A stretch of 64,000 bases of DNA, taken from contig JBKAGP010000001.1 of assembly GCA_046290465.1 (NCBI GenBank), forward strand, positions 128,001 to 192,000. The letters run 5' to 3'. The position numbers and the translations under genes are program-made. Source of the stretch: Planctomycetota bacterium (GTDB taxonomy: Bacteria; Planctomycetota; UBA1135; UBA2386). Of this stretch, positions 31,130 through 39,621 are shown one piece after another (the first letter of the stretch is position 1; each line of letters begins with the position of its first letter). The notes beneath the pieces were generated by a model, which ran no database searches, was not told the DNA's origin, and saw nothing but the letters and a program-made list of their open reading frames with translations.

Positions 31130-34100
31130 TGTCCGTGGTTCGTGTCGCAGCAGCGCTGGCAGCGCTCTGGTGTTCGTCGTGGTTCGCGTTGGCGCAGGAC
31201 GGTGCGGTGCGGGGTCCCAGTACGCAGGATCCGGGCACCCAGGACCCCGACGCCCTCGCTCCCGAGGTCGTGCGGCTGGTCGATGCCACGCTGCAGGGAC
31301 CGTCGCCGGAGGCCGGCGCGGACGCCGTCTGGCAGGCGGCGTCGGCGGCACACGGCGAGTGCACCCAGGTGGTGGCCGAGCTGCGTCGTCGCATCGAAGC
31401 CGACGACCGGGCCGCGACGCGCCGCCTGCTGTGCGGCGTGCTGCGCTACCAGGGTCGCACGCGCCAGGCGCTGCGCGTGCTCGACGGCATCGACGTGGCC
31501 TTGCGCACCGACGCCGACCTGCTGCTGCGTGCCGAACTGCTCGACGCGCTCGGCAAGGGCGACGACGCCGGCAAGGCCTACGAGGATCTGCTGGCGCGCG
31601 AGCTCGAGCCGGCGCTGCGGCGCCGCATCCTGTTCCGGCGGGCTTTGGTCGGCAGCGACTCGATCCAGCAGCTCCGGGACTTCGCCGCCAGTGACGGCAA
31701 CGACCGCGAGCAGCGCAACCAGGCTGCGATCATCCTCGCGCTGCGCAACGAGCCGAAGGCCGCGCTCGAGCTCTACGAAGTCTCCGGCGAAGGCACGGCG
31801 CGGTTTCGTCAGCTGGTGCGTCTCGCCGAGTGGGCGCTGGCCGCCGACGAACCCGAACGTGCCCAGCAGCTCGCCTGGGAGGCGGTCGACGTCGCCAAGA
31901 TGCGCCGCGATCGCCGCTATGCGCTGACCGTGGTGGTCTCGGCCTACCGGGCCGGTGACGCCATCGACGCGCTGCTGCAGCGGTTCGAAGCGGCTGAGTC
32001 GCTCGACAAGGACGCGCGCCAGATCTGGATCGACCTGCTGCGCGACGAGGGCCGGGTCGACGACGCGCTGCGCCTGTTCCGACAGGAAGGCGACGGCGCC
32101 TGGACCCCGGCGCTGCGGCGCCAGCTGCTCGAGATCTGTCGCGAGACCGGCCGCGAGGCGGTGCTGGTGTCGCAGTTCGAGGAGCTGATCGCGGCCGAGC
32201 CGGACAACCTGGAGTGGCGCAGCGGGCTCAGCCGTCACTACCTGGAGAGCGGCGACCGCGAGCGCGCCAGGGCCGCGTGGCAGAGCTACGGCAAGGACCG
32301 GGGCGACGCCCAGGCGCAGCTCGATGCGGCGTTCTCGTTGATGGAGCTGGGCCTCGACGACCTGGCCGAAGCGCGCGCCAAGGCGGCCGCCGAAAGCGCG
32401 TCGCTGCGGCGCGCGGCGCAGATGTTCATCGTCAAGCTGCACGTCAACCGCGGCCGCTTCCGCCAGGCGACGACGATGCTCGACGAGATCGAGCGCACTG
32501 CCGATGGCCGCGACAGCGTGCTCAGCGAGGTCGCCGGCATCTACGAACGCATCGACCGCCTCGACAAGGCGGTCGGCGTGCTCGACCGGATGCGTGAGGC
32601 CTACGGCGGCTTCCTCGGCACCGACCTCGACATGAAGTACGCGCTGCTGCTGTCGAAGGTCGACCGCGAGCACGACGCGCTGGCGGTCTGGCGATCGCTC
32701 TGGACCAAGGTGCGCAGCACGCCGCGCGGCCGCTACGTCGAGGACCGCATGATGACGGTGGCCTCGCGCCTCGGCGTGCTGGCCAAGATCGCGATCGAGC
32801 TCGAGGACCGTCTCGACGCCGGCACCGCCGACACCACCGACGTCGAACTGCTGGTGCGGCTCTACATCAAGGTCGGCGACTCGGCCGCGGCGACCGAGAT
32901 CACCGAGCAGGCGCTGCGCGGCCAGGACGTCGGCGACGTCGAGCTGATCCGGCGCAAGGCGACCATCTACCTCGCTTGCCAGGACTACCGCGAGTACGAG
33001 GAGCTGATCGAGCAGCTGATCCGGCTCGACCCGGACAACCGCGTCGAGCACATGCGCGAGCTGACCCTGAGTCGCCTCGAGCGCGGCCGCCGCGCGCAGG
33101 CGATCGAGAACCTGCCGAAGCTGCGCGAGGCGGCCGAGGACGGCGGCATCGCCGACGAGTTCGAGGCCGGCATCTTCCAGCTGGCCGGCCTGACCGACCG
33201 TGCGCTGAAGAGCTACACCAAGGGCCTCGGCCGCTACCCCGACCGCATCGACACGCACCTGCTGGTCGCCAACCTGATGCGGGAGACCGGCAGCGAGATG
33301 GAGGCGGCGCGCCGCTTCCAGTACCTGGCGGCCACGGCCGAGCGCGACGACCTGTTCACGATCGCGATCGACGGCATCCTCAACCTGCGTGCGCAGCAGC
33401 AGTCGCAGGTGCCCAACGGCCTGGTCGAGTGGGCGATGCGGGTCACGCTCGAGCGCCTGGCCGAGCGTTCGCACCGCTTCTACCTGCACCGGCTCGCCGC
33501 CGACCTCGCCGAGGAACTCAACGACATGCCGATGTCGATCCGCACGCTGACGGCCGGGATCCCGGTCGCCGGCGAACGGCGCACCGCCTTGCTGCGCGAG
33601 ATCCTCGGCAAGATCCGGTCGCTCGACCGCAACGCGCGGGTCGTGTTCGGCGGCAGCCGGCAGCTGCGCATCAGCCCCAACTGGGACTACAAGCCGTACG
33701 TGATGGTCGGCCGGCGGCTGCTCGGTCAGGGAGAGGTGGTGCCGCCGCAGGTGTTCATGGACCTCGCCGCGGTGTTCCTGCACGCCAAGGCCGTGCCCGA
33801 CGCGATGCGCACGTTCTCGCGTGCCGCCGAACTGCTCGATCGCGCCGAGGTCAACCGCCAGGCCGCCGCGGTGCTCGAGCAGGCCGAGCGCTACGAGCCG
33901 GCGCTGCAGTTCTACCGCCGGCTGCTGTCGGTCGACGTCACCGACGTCGCGCTGATGGCGAAGATCGCCAGGCTCGAGGAGCTGGTCGGTCGCGACGACG
34001 CCGCCTGCGCGGTCTACCGGCAGGGCCTCGCTTCGGCGCTGCAGCAGACCCAGGACCGGGTGCACGTCGCCACCGAGGAGGAGCCCGACCCGAACGACAT

Positions 34101-37100
34101 CCTGTCGATCTACGGCGGCCAGCGGAACGTCGACGCGCTGCAGCAGACGATCCCGCTGCTGGTCGAGGGGCTGCTGGTGACGCTGCCCGAGGCGGACGCC
34201 GAGGCCTTCCTGACCGAGATGGCCGCGACCGTCGAACGCGACCTGCAGCAGCTTGGCGCCGCGGCCGCCGGCGCGGTCGAGACGATCGGCGAGTTCCCGC
34301 GGCTGCGGGCGCGGGCCGACGCCCTGCGACGGCTGTGCCTGTGCTTCCGCCACCTGCCGATCAGCGACGCGATCGACGCCAGGCTGTTGCAGCGCTTTCC
34401 GACCGACCGCGAGCTGGCTCGCCAGAGCATCGGCTACCGCGCCGAACGCGGCTTCCACGTCGCCGCGACGCGGCTGCTGCAGCACGGCGAGTTCGCGGAC
34501 GATCCGGCGTTCGCCTGGCTGCGCCGCAGCGAGGTCGGCGACGGGCCGGTGGCGCCGGCGGTCGCCGCCTCGCACGTCGTGCCGATGCTCGTCGGTCGCA
34601 AGGACGAACTGCGCACGATGCTGCAGAACGTCGACGCCGCGGCGATCGACCCGTCCAACGTGCAGAGCGTGCCGCTGCTGCTGGGCGCCTGCATCCTGGT
34701 CGGCGCCGACGATGCCGCCGAACGGATCGCGCGGGCCGGCGTGCGCATCACCGCGAGCATGAGCGAGCGGCAGCGGGTCCTGCAGAATCGCGAGAGCGCC
34801 AACACGATCCTCAACCTGGCCTCGCGACTCGATCCCGATCTGCGCCAGCGGCTGCTGTCGTACCGCGTCGAACGCACCGCCGCCAAGGGGGCCAAGGCGC
34901 TGGTCAGCCTGCAGTACGAGCTCGAGGCCGAGCGTGACTTCCAGCTCGACCCGGATCGGATCGAGGAGATGCTGCGCGCCGAGGTTGCCAACAGCGCGCA
35001 GGAGCAGTTCGGCCTGCGCAGCATGAACCTGCTGCATTTTCTGCCCCAGGAGCGGCGCGCACCGCTGGTGCGCGAACTGTACACGTCGGCGCCGCGCAGC
35101 CAGCGCCTCAACGTGCTGACCGAGGGCGCCGACTTCGTGCCCGAACCGCTGTCGGACGGGTTCTTGAGCTGGTACGAGGGCGTGTTCCGGCGCGAGTTCG
35201 AGGCCGCCGACCAGCAGGCTCGCCGGCGCGCCGGCTTCGGCTACTCGGAGATCGGCAGCAAGCGACTGATGCGGCTGCGGCTCGAGGCGTCGCTGTCGAT
35301 GGGGGGCTCGCACCGGGAGTGGCTGCGGCTGCTGCAGATCGTCGTCGACCTCGACGACCGCGCCGCGGCTGCGCGCATGCTCGAGGAGGGCATCCCGGCG
35401 ATGATCACGCGCGACGATCTGGCCGGCGTGGTGCCCAACCGTCCGAAGGGGCTCAACAAGCGGCAGGTCGACGACGCCGTCCGTCAGATCGTGACCAGTG
35501 GCCTGCAGCAGCAGGCGATCGCCGTCGTCGAGCGCAAGCTGCAAGAGCGGCCCGAGCACGAGGCGCTGCGCTACATGCAGTGGCAGCTGCGCACCAAGAT
35601 GCCGGGCGCGGTGGCGTTCGTCGAACGCGCGCTGCAGGACGGCGGCGACGACGTCGACCTGCTCGAACGCGCGATGCGCTTCCAGCGCCAGTGCGGCCGG
35701 TTGGTCGACGCCACCGAGACGTTGCAGCGCCTGGTCGAGCTCGACGAGAAGCGCGCCAAGAGCTGGCGTTCGCAGCTCGCGGCGCTGCACGTCCGGCTCG
35801 GCAACCAGCCGGCGGCCGACGCGCTCCGCAAGCAGCAGGCCGGCGCGGCGCGGCCGGGCGCGCGGCCATCGCAGCCGGCGACCTCGGCGGCGCGGTTGAT
35901 CAGCAGTTCGGGCGCGGTGGTGCAGGCGGTGTCGCTGGTCGGTGGCCGGCCGGCGCCGCGGGCCTCGGCCAAGGTGTCGGCGCTGCTGAAGGCGGACGAT
36001 CCGATCGAGGCCGAACGGGACCTGCGTCGCATCTGGCGCGGCCGCGGCCGCGAGCGCCGCGGCTTCGTGATCGGCACGCCGCCGGCGGAGATCCTGATCT
36101 CGCAGCAGGACCTGGCGGCGCTCGCCGGCAAGGAGTTCGCGGTGGCCGAGGCGCGCCGGATGCGGCGCCTGCTCGAGGACTCCGGCCAGCTCGACTCGAA
36201 GAGCCTGCTCGGTGCGCTGCTGGCCGTCGCGCCCAAGGCCGAGCACGTCTCGGCGGCGATCGACGAGCTGCTCGCGACGCTCGAGCGCGGCGAGGGCGGC
36301 ACGGCCGAGGCAGTGCAGCTGCTGACGGCGTTGGCCAACGAAGAGCTGCCCGACGCGCAGCGGCGTCGGGTCGTCGACTTGCTGCTGCACCGACGCGAGA
36401 CGCCCGACGAGGCGCGGCTGCGTAACGTCGCGCACGAACTGGTGCGCGATGGCCGCAAGACCGAGGCTGCGGCGCTGTATCGCCTGGCGATCCTCGCCGG
36501 CGGCGAGGGCCTGCCGGCCTACCTGCTGCGCAACCGCAAGGAGCAGCCCGGCGACGTGATCCGGGACGTGCAGCAGCGGCTGGGCGACGAGCTCGGCCGT
36601 GAAACGGCGGTGGCCCTGTTCGACGACAAGCTCGCGACCGAGGACTCGGCGTCGATGATGCTGGCGGCGCTGAAGGCGTGGCCGCAGCTGCTGACCGAAG
36701 ACGAACTGGCCGAACGGCTGGTGACGCTGCAGGCGCGCATCGAGCGTCTGCGCGGCTCGCGGCTGGGCCGCCTGGCCTACGACCGCGACGCGCTGCCGAT
36801 GATGGGCGAGCTGTGCAAGGCGTTGGCGCGGGTCGGCCGTGCCGGCGAGGCGTTGGTCGAGCTCGAGCCCTTGCTGTGCGGCGCGCGCCCGGACATGTAC
36901 GGCCGCACCCCGCCGCGCAACGCGTCGCAGGTGCAGCGGGTGCTCGACGAGCTGCTGCAGCTGGAACTCGCCGACCGCGAGGCGTGGCTGCGAACGATCG
37001 GCGAACGGGTGGTCGCGTGGCAGCAGGCGGGTCGGCTGGCCGATGCGTCGAAGACGCTCGCGGCGGTCGGCCTGCAGCTCGCCGAGGCCGGCCTTTCGGA

Positions 37101-37497
37101 GCTCGCCGGCCAATGCGCCGACGGCCTCGCCGAGTTGGCGGTCGACGACGCCACCGCCGAGCAGCAGCTGGCGGCGCTGTGGCGCGCGCTCGGGGACGAG
37201 ACCCGGGCCTACACGCTCGAGAAGACGCTGCTGACGCGGCGGCGGCTGGCGATCGCCGAGCTGCCGCGGGTGTTGCAGCAGCTGCGCGACAACGAAGGAC
37301 CGCCCGTCGCGTTCGCCGCCGGCGAGCAGGCGCTGGCCTACACGCGCGACCCCAGCTTCCTCGAGAAGATGATCGAACTGGCGGACGAGGTCGGCCAGAG
37401 CGAGCGCGCCGACGGCTGGCGCCAGGAGCTCGAGGAGCGCAAGCCGAAGCCGGCCGAGCAGCCGCAGCAGGAGCCGGCGGCCGCAGGGCGCGGCTAG
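31129..37497 (+). CDS. Giant (~2120 aa) secreted TPR/alpha-solenoid protein
   Basis: ATG at 31129 overlaps the upstream TGA. Signal peptide and numerous TPR-like helical repeats; typical codon bias in this frame. Confidence 0.85.
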   Translation: MSVVRVAAALAALWCSSWFALAQDGAVRGPSTQDPGTQDPDALAPEVVRLVDATLQGPSPEAGADAVWQAASAAHGECTQVVAELRRRIEADDRAATRRLLCGVLRYQGRTRQALRVLDGIDVALRTDADLLLRAELLDALGKGDDAGKAYEDLLARELEPALRRRILFRRALVGSDSIQQLRDFAASDGNDREQRNQAAIILALRNEPKAALELYEVSGEGTARFRQLVRLAEWALAADEPERAQQLAWEAVDVAKMRRDRRYALTVVVSAYRAGDAIDALLQRFEAAESLDKDARQIWIDLLRDEGRVDDALRLFRQEGDGAWTPALRRQLLEICRETGREAVLVSQFEELIAAEPDNLEWRSGLSRHYLESGDRERARAAWQSYGKDRGDAQAQLDAAFSLMELGLDDLAEARAKAAAESASLRRAAQMFIVKLHVNRGRFRQATTMLDEIERTADGRDSVLSEVAGIYERIDRLDKAVGVLDRMREAYGGFLGTDLDMKYALLLSKVDREHDALAVWRSLWTKVRSTPRGRYVEDRMMTVASRLGVLAKIAIELEDRLDAGTADTTDVELLVRLYIKVGDSAAATEITEQALRGQDVGDVELIRRKATIYLACQDYREYEELIEQLIRLDPDNRVEHMRELTLSRLERGRRAQAIENLPKLREAAEDGGIADEFEAGIFQLAGLTDRALKSYTKGLGRYPDRIDTHLLVANLMRETGSEMEAARRFQYLAATAERDDLFTIAIDGILNLRAQQQSQVPNGLVEWAMRVTLERLAERSHRFYLHRLAADLAEELNDMPMSIRTLTAGIPVAGERRTALLREILGKIRSLDRNARVVFGGSRQLRISPNWDYKPYVMVGRRLLGQGEVVPPQVFMDLAAVFLHAKAVPDAMRTFSRAAELLDRAEVNRQAAAVLEQAERYEPALQFYRRLLSVDVTDVALMAKIARLEELVGRDDAACAVYRQGLASALQQTQDRVHVATEEEPDPNDILSIYGGQRNVDALQQTIPLLVEGLLVTLPEADAEAFLTEMAATVERDLQQLGAAAAGAVETIGEFPRLRARADALRRLCLCFRHLPISDAIDARLLQRFPTDRELARQSIGYRAERGFHVAATRLLQHGEFADDPAFAWLRRSEVGDGPVAPAVAASHVVPMLVGRKDELRTMLQNVDAAAIDPSNVQSVPLLLGACILVGADDAAERIARAGVRITASMSERQRVLQNRESANTILNLASRLDPDLRQRLLSYRVERTAAKGAKALVSLQYELEAERDFQLDPDRIEEMLRAEVANSAQEQFGLRSMNLLHFLPQERRAPLVRELYTSAPRSQRLNVLTEGADFVPEPLSDGFLSWYEGVFRREFEAADQQARRRAGFGYSEIGSKRLMRLRLEASLSMGGSHREWLRLLQIVVDLDDRAAAARMLEEGIPAMITRDDLAGVVPNRPKGLNKRQVDDAVRQIVTSGLQQQAIAVVERKLQERPEHEALRYMQWQLRTKMPGAVAFVERALQDGGDDVDLLERAMRFQRQCGRLVDATETLQRLVELDEKRAKSWRSQLAALHVRLGNQPAADALRKQQAGAARPGARPSQPATSAARLISSSGAVVQAVSLVGGRPAPRASAKVSALLKADDPIEAERDLRRIWRGRGRERRGFVIGTPPAEILISQQDLAALAGKEFAVAEARRMRRLLEDSGQLDSKSLLGALLAVAPKAEHVSAAIDELLATLERGEGGTAEAVQLLTALANEELPDAQRRRVVDLLLHRRETPDEARLRNVAHELVRDGRKTEAAALYRLAILAGGEGLPAYLLRNRKEQPGDVIRDVQQRLGDELGRETAVALFDDKLATEDSASMMLAALKAWPQLLTEDELAERLVTLQARIERLRGSRLGRLAYDRDALPMMGELCKALARVGRAGEALVELEPLLCGARPDMYGRTPPRNASQVQRVLDELLQLELADREAWLRTIGERVVAWQQAGRLADASKTLAAVGLQLAEAGLSELAGQCADGLAELAVDDATAEQQLAALWRALGDETRAYTLEKTLLTRRRLAIAELPRVLQQLRDNEGPPVAFAAGEQALAYTRDPSFLEKMIELADEVGQSERADGWRQELEERKPKPAEQPQQEPAAAGRG

Positions 37498-37802
37498 CGG
37501 GCAAAGCCCCGTCCGCACGCACACACGCCGCTTCCGCGGTCACAGCTGGCAGCGCGTCCACTACATGGACGCGCTCCTGGGGCGCCGCCCGCTGCAGCAG
37601 ACTGCGGCCCGGTTTCCGGGCGACACGGGCCCTTCGCCTTCCTGGCTCATCGCGAGATCGGGCCGGTGGCTCGCCCTGCGACTGTAGGGAATCTGCGCAT
37701 TTTCTCCGACCATGGCAGCGGCGCCATGGCGGCGCTGCCCGGCCTTGCGATCGCTGCGCGACGATGCAGGGGACCGTTCCCGAACGCAGAGAGGTGTCCG
37801 AC

Positions 37803-38486
37803 ATGAACGAGCAATCGCAGCATCCTGAGTCCGGCTTCACGCTGATCGAAGCGCTGATCGTCACGTCGCTGATCGGCGTGCTCGCCGGCGTGGCCGTCCC
37901 GAACCTGCTGGCCAGCCGGCTGGCCGCCAACGAGGCCGCCGTCATCGCGACCATGCGCGCGATCTCGACCGCGCAGTTTCAGTTCCAGAGTTCGGGCGAG
38001 CTCGACTCGAACTTCGACGCCGGCTACGAGTTCGGCACGCTCGGCGAACTCGGCGCGCTCGAGGTGCTGCGCGGCTCGACCGAGACGCTGTCGCGCAACC
38101 TGCTGTCGAAGTCGGTCGCCAACACCGACAACACCGGCCGCGTCACGCACCACGGCTACCACTTCCGGCTGTTCCTGCCGGCGGCCGACGGTGCCGGCCT
38201 CGCCGGCATCTCGGCCAACGCCGCGAGCATCGACGCCGAGCAGGCGCAGCGCTACTGGAGCTGCGTCGCGTGGCCGATCGAGACCGGCACGACCGGCAAC
38301 CGCGCGTTCTTCGTCAACCAGCAGGGCCAGGTCCTACAAGCCCGCGACTCGGGCTACACCGGCAGCACCTCGGTGCCCGACGCCGGCGTCGGCCTGCTCG
38401 GCGTCGCCCCGACCCACATCCACTCCCAGGCCCTCGCCACCGACACCACCGGCGCCGACGGCAACCACTGGGTCCTGGTCCACTGA
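37803..38486 (+). CDS. Prepilin-type N-terminal cleavage/methylation protein with DUF2950-like C-terminus
   Basis: G|FTLIEALIV..VAVPNL..AANE; HGYHFRL..AWP..GTTGNRAFFVNQQG. Confidence 0.85.
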   Translation: MNEQSQHPESGFTLIEALIVTSLIGVLAGVAVPNLLASRLAANEAAVIATMRAISTAQFQFQSSGELDSNFDAGYEFGTLGELGALEVLRGSTETLSRNLLSKSVANTDNTGRVTHHGYHFRLFLPAADGAGLAGISANAASIDAEQAQRYWSCVAWPIETGTTGNRAFFVNQQGQVLQARDSGYTGSTSVPDAGVGLLGVAPTHIHSQALATDTTGADGNHWVLVH

Positions 38487-38488
38487 GA

Positions 38489-38572
38489 GTTGCGGTACGG
38501 TTCGCGGTTCATCCTCCAACTTCCGCGCGCTCGCGCGGAAGTTGGAGGATGAACCGCGTACCGTACCGCAAC
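38489..38572. repeat. 84-bp near-perfect palindrome (41-bp arms, one mismatch)
   Basis: GTTGCGGTACGGTTCGCGGTTCATCCTCCAACTTCCGCGCG-ct-CGCGCGGAAGTTGGAGGATGAACCGCGTACCGTACCGCAAC. Confidence 0.9.
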
Positions 38573-38594
38573 CTTTCGGGGCTAGGGTTCTGGG

Positions 38595-39563
38595 ATGGTG
38601 ACGGTCGATCTCGAGCGCGTGCAGCGGCTGCGCGAACGGTTCCTGGAGGGGCGGCGTGGGCGGCGGGCGATGCCGGACTACTGGCGGGATGCGCGCGACC
38701 TCGCCGCGTACGACGCGATCCTCGGGGCGCGCATCGGGTGGAAGTGGGATGCGGCGCTCGCGGAGTGCGCGGCACGCGGCTGGCGGCCGTCGGCCGGGCA
38801 CACGGTGCTCGACTTCGGCTGTGGGTCGGGGGTGGCGGCGCGCCGCTACGTCGATCGGTTCGGTGCCGGTGAGGTGCGCTACCACGACCGTTCGCCGCAC
38901 GCGATGGCGTTCGCCGTCGAACGCATGCAGGAGGGCCACGCGCACGTCGCCGTCGTCGCGCAACCGAGCGTGCGCGACCTCGAGGTCGACGTCGTGCTGG
39001 TCAGCCACGTCGTCAGCGAACTTGACGAACGCGGCCTGCAGCAGCTCGAGCAGCTGCTGCGCAGATGCCCGCGCGCGATCGTGGTGGAGTCCGGCAACCG
39101 CCCGGTCGCGCGACGGCTCGCGGCGCTGCGCGACCGGTTGCTCGACCAGTTCGGCGTGGTCGCGCCGTGTCCGCATCGGCAGCCGTGTCCGACGCTCGCC
39201 AACGACGACGACTGGTGCCACTTCTTCGCCAGCCCGCCGGGCGAGGTGTTCACCGACGGCGACTGGGTCAAGGCCGCGCGCAGCCTCGGCATCGACCTGC
39301 GCTCGCTGCCGTACGCGTTCGTGGCGCTCGATCGCGACGCGGCCGACGCCGAGCGCCAGAGTCCCAGAGTGCCGGAAACCAGGGTGCGGAACCGCAGGGT
39401 GCTCGGCCGCGCGTCGATCAACCCGGTGGTCGCGACGGCGCAGGCGTGTTCGGCGTCCGGCCTGGAATCCATCGAGGTCCACAAGCGTACCGATGCCAGG
39501 CTCTGGCGGGCGCTGAAGAAGAACCCGGAACAGGCGCAGGAGCTGCTGCAGGACCGCCCCTGA
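38595..39563 (+). CDS. Rsm22-family SAM-dependent methyltransferase-like protein
   Basis: VLDFGCGSG, SHVVSEL, VVESG and VVAPCPHRQPCP..WCHF motifs. Confidence 0.85.
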   Translation: MVTVDLERVQRLRERFLEGRRGRRAMPDYWRDARDLAAYDAILGARIGWKWDAALAECAARGWRPSAGHTVLDFGCGSGVAARRYVDRFGAGEVRYHDRSPHAMAFAVERMQEGHAHVAVVAQPSVRDLEVDVVLVSHVVSELDERGLQQLEQLLRRCPRAIVVESGNRPVARRLAALRDRLLDQFGVVAPCPHRQPCPTLANDDDWCHFFASPPGEVFTDGDWVKAARSLGIDLRSLPYAFVALDRDAADAERQSPRVPETRVRNRRVLGRASINPVVATAQACSASGLESIEVHKRTDARLWRALKKNPEQAQELLQDRP

Positions 39564-39621
39564 CGAGCAGGTCGCGCCGTGGGCCCGCCGTCAACGGGAC
39601 CCGCCCGCAGCGAGCCCGCTC

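Noticed and set aside
30595..37524. 2309-aa minus-strand ORF (likewise 56849-60259, 39688-42330, 60587-63220 and other Arg/Ala/Pro-rich ORFs)
   Set aside because: Shadow or alternative-frame ORFs overlapping well-supported genes.
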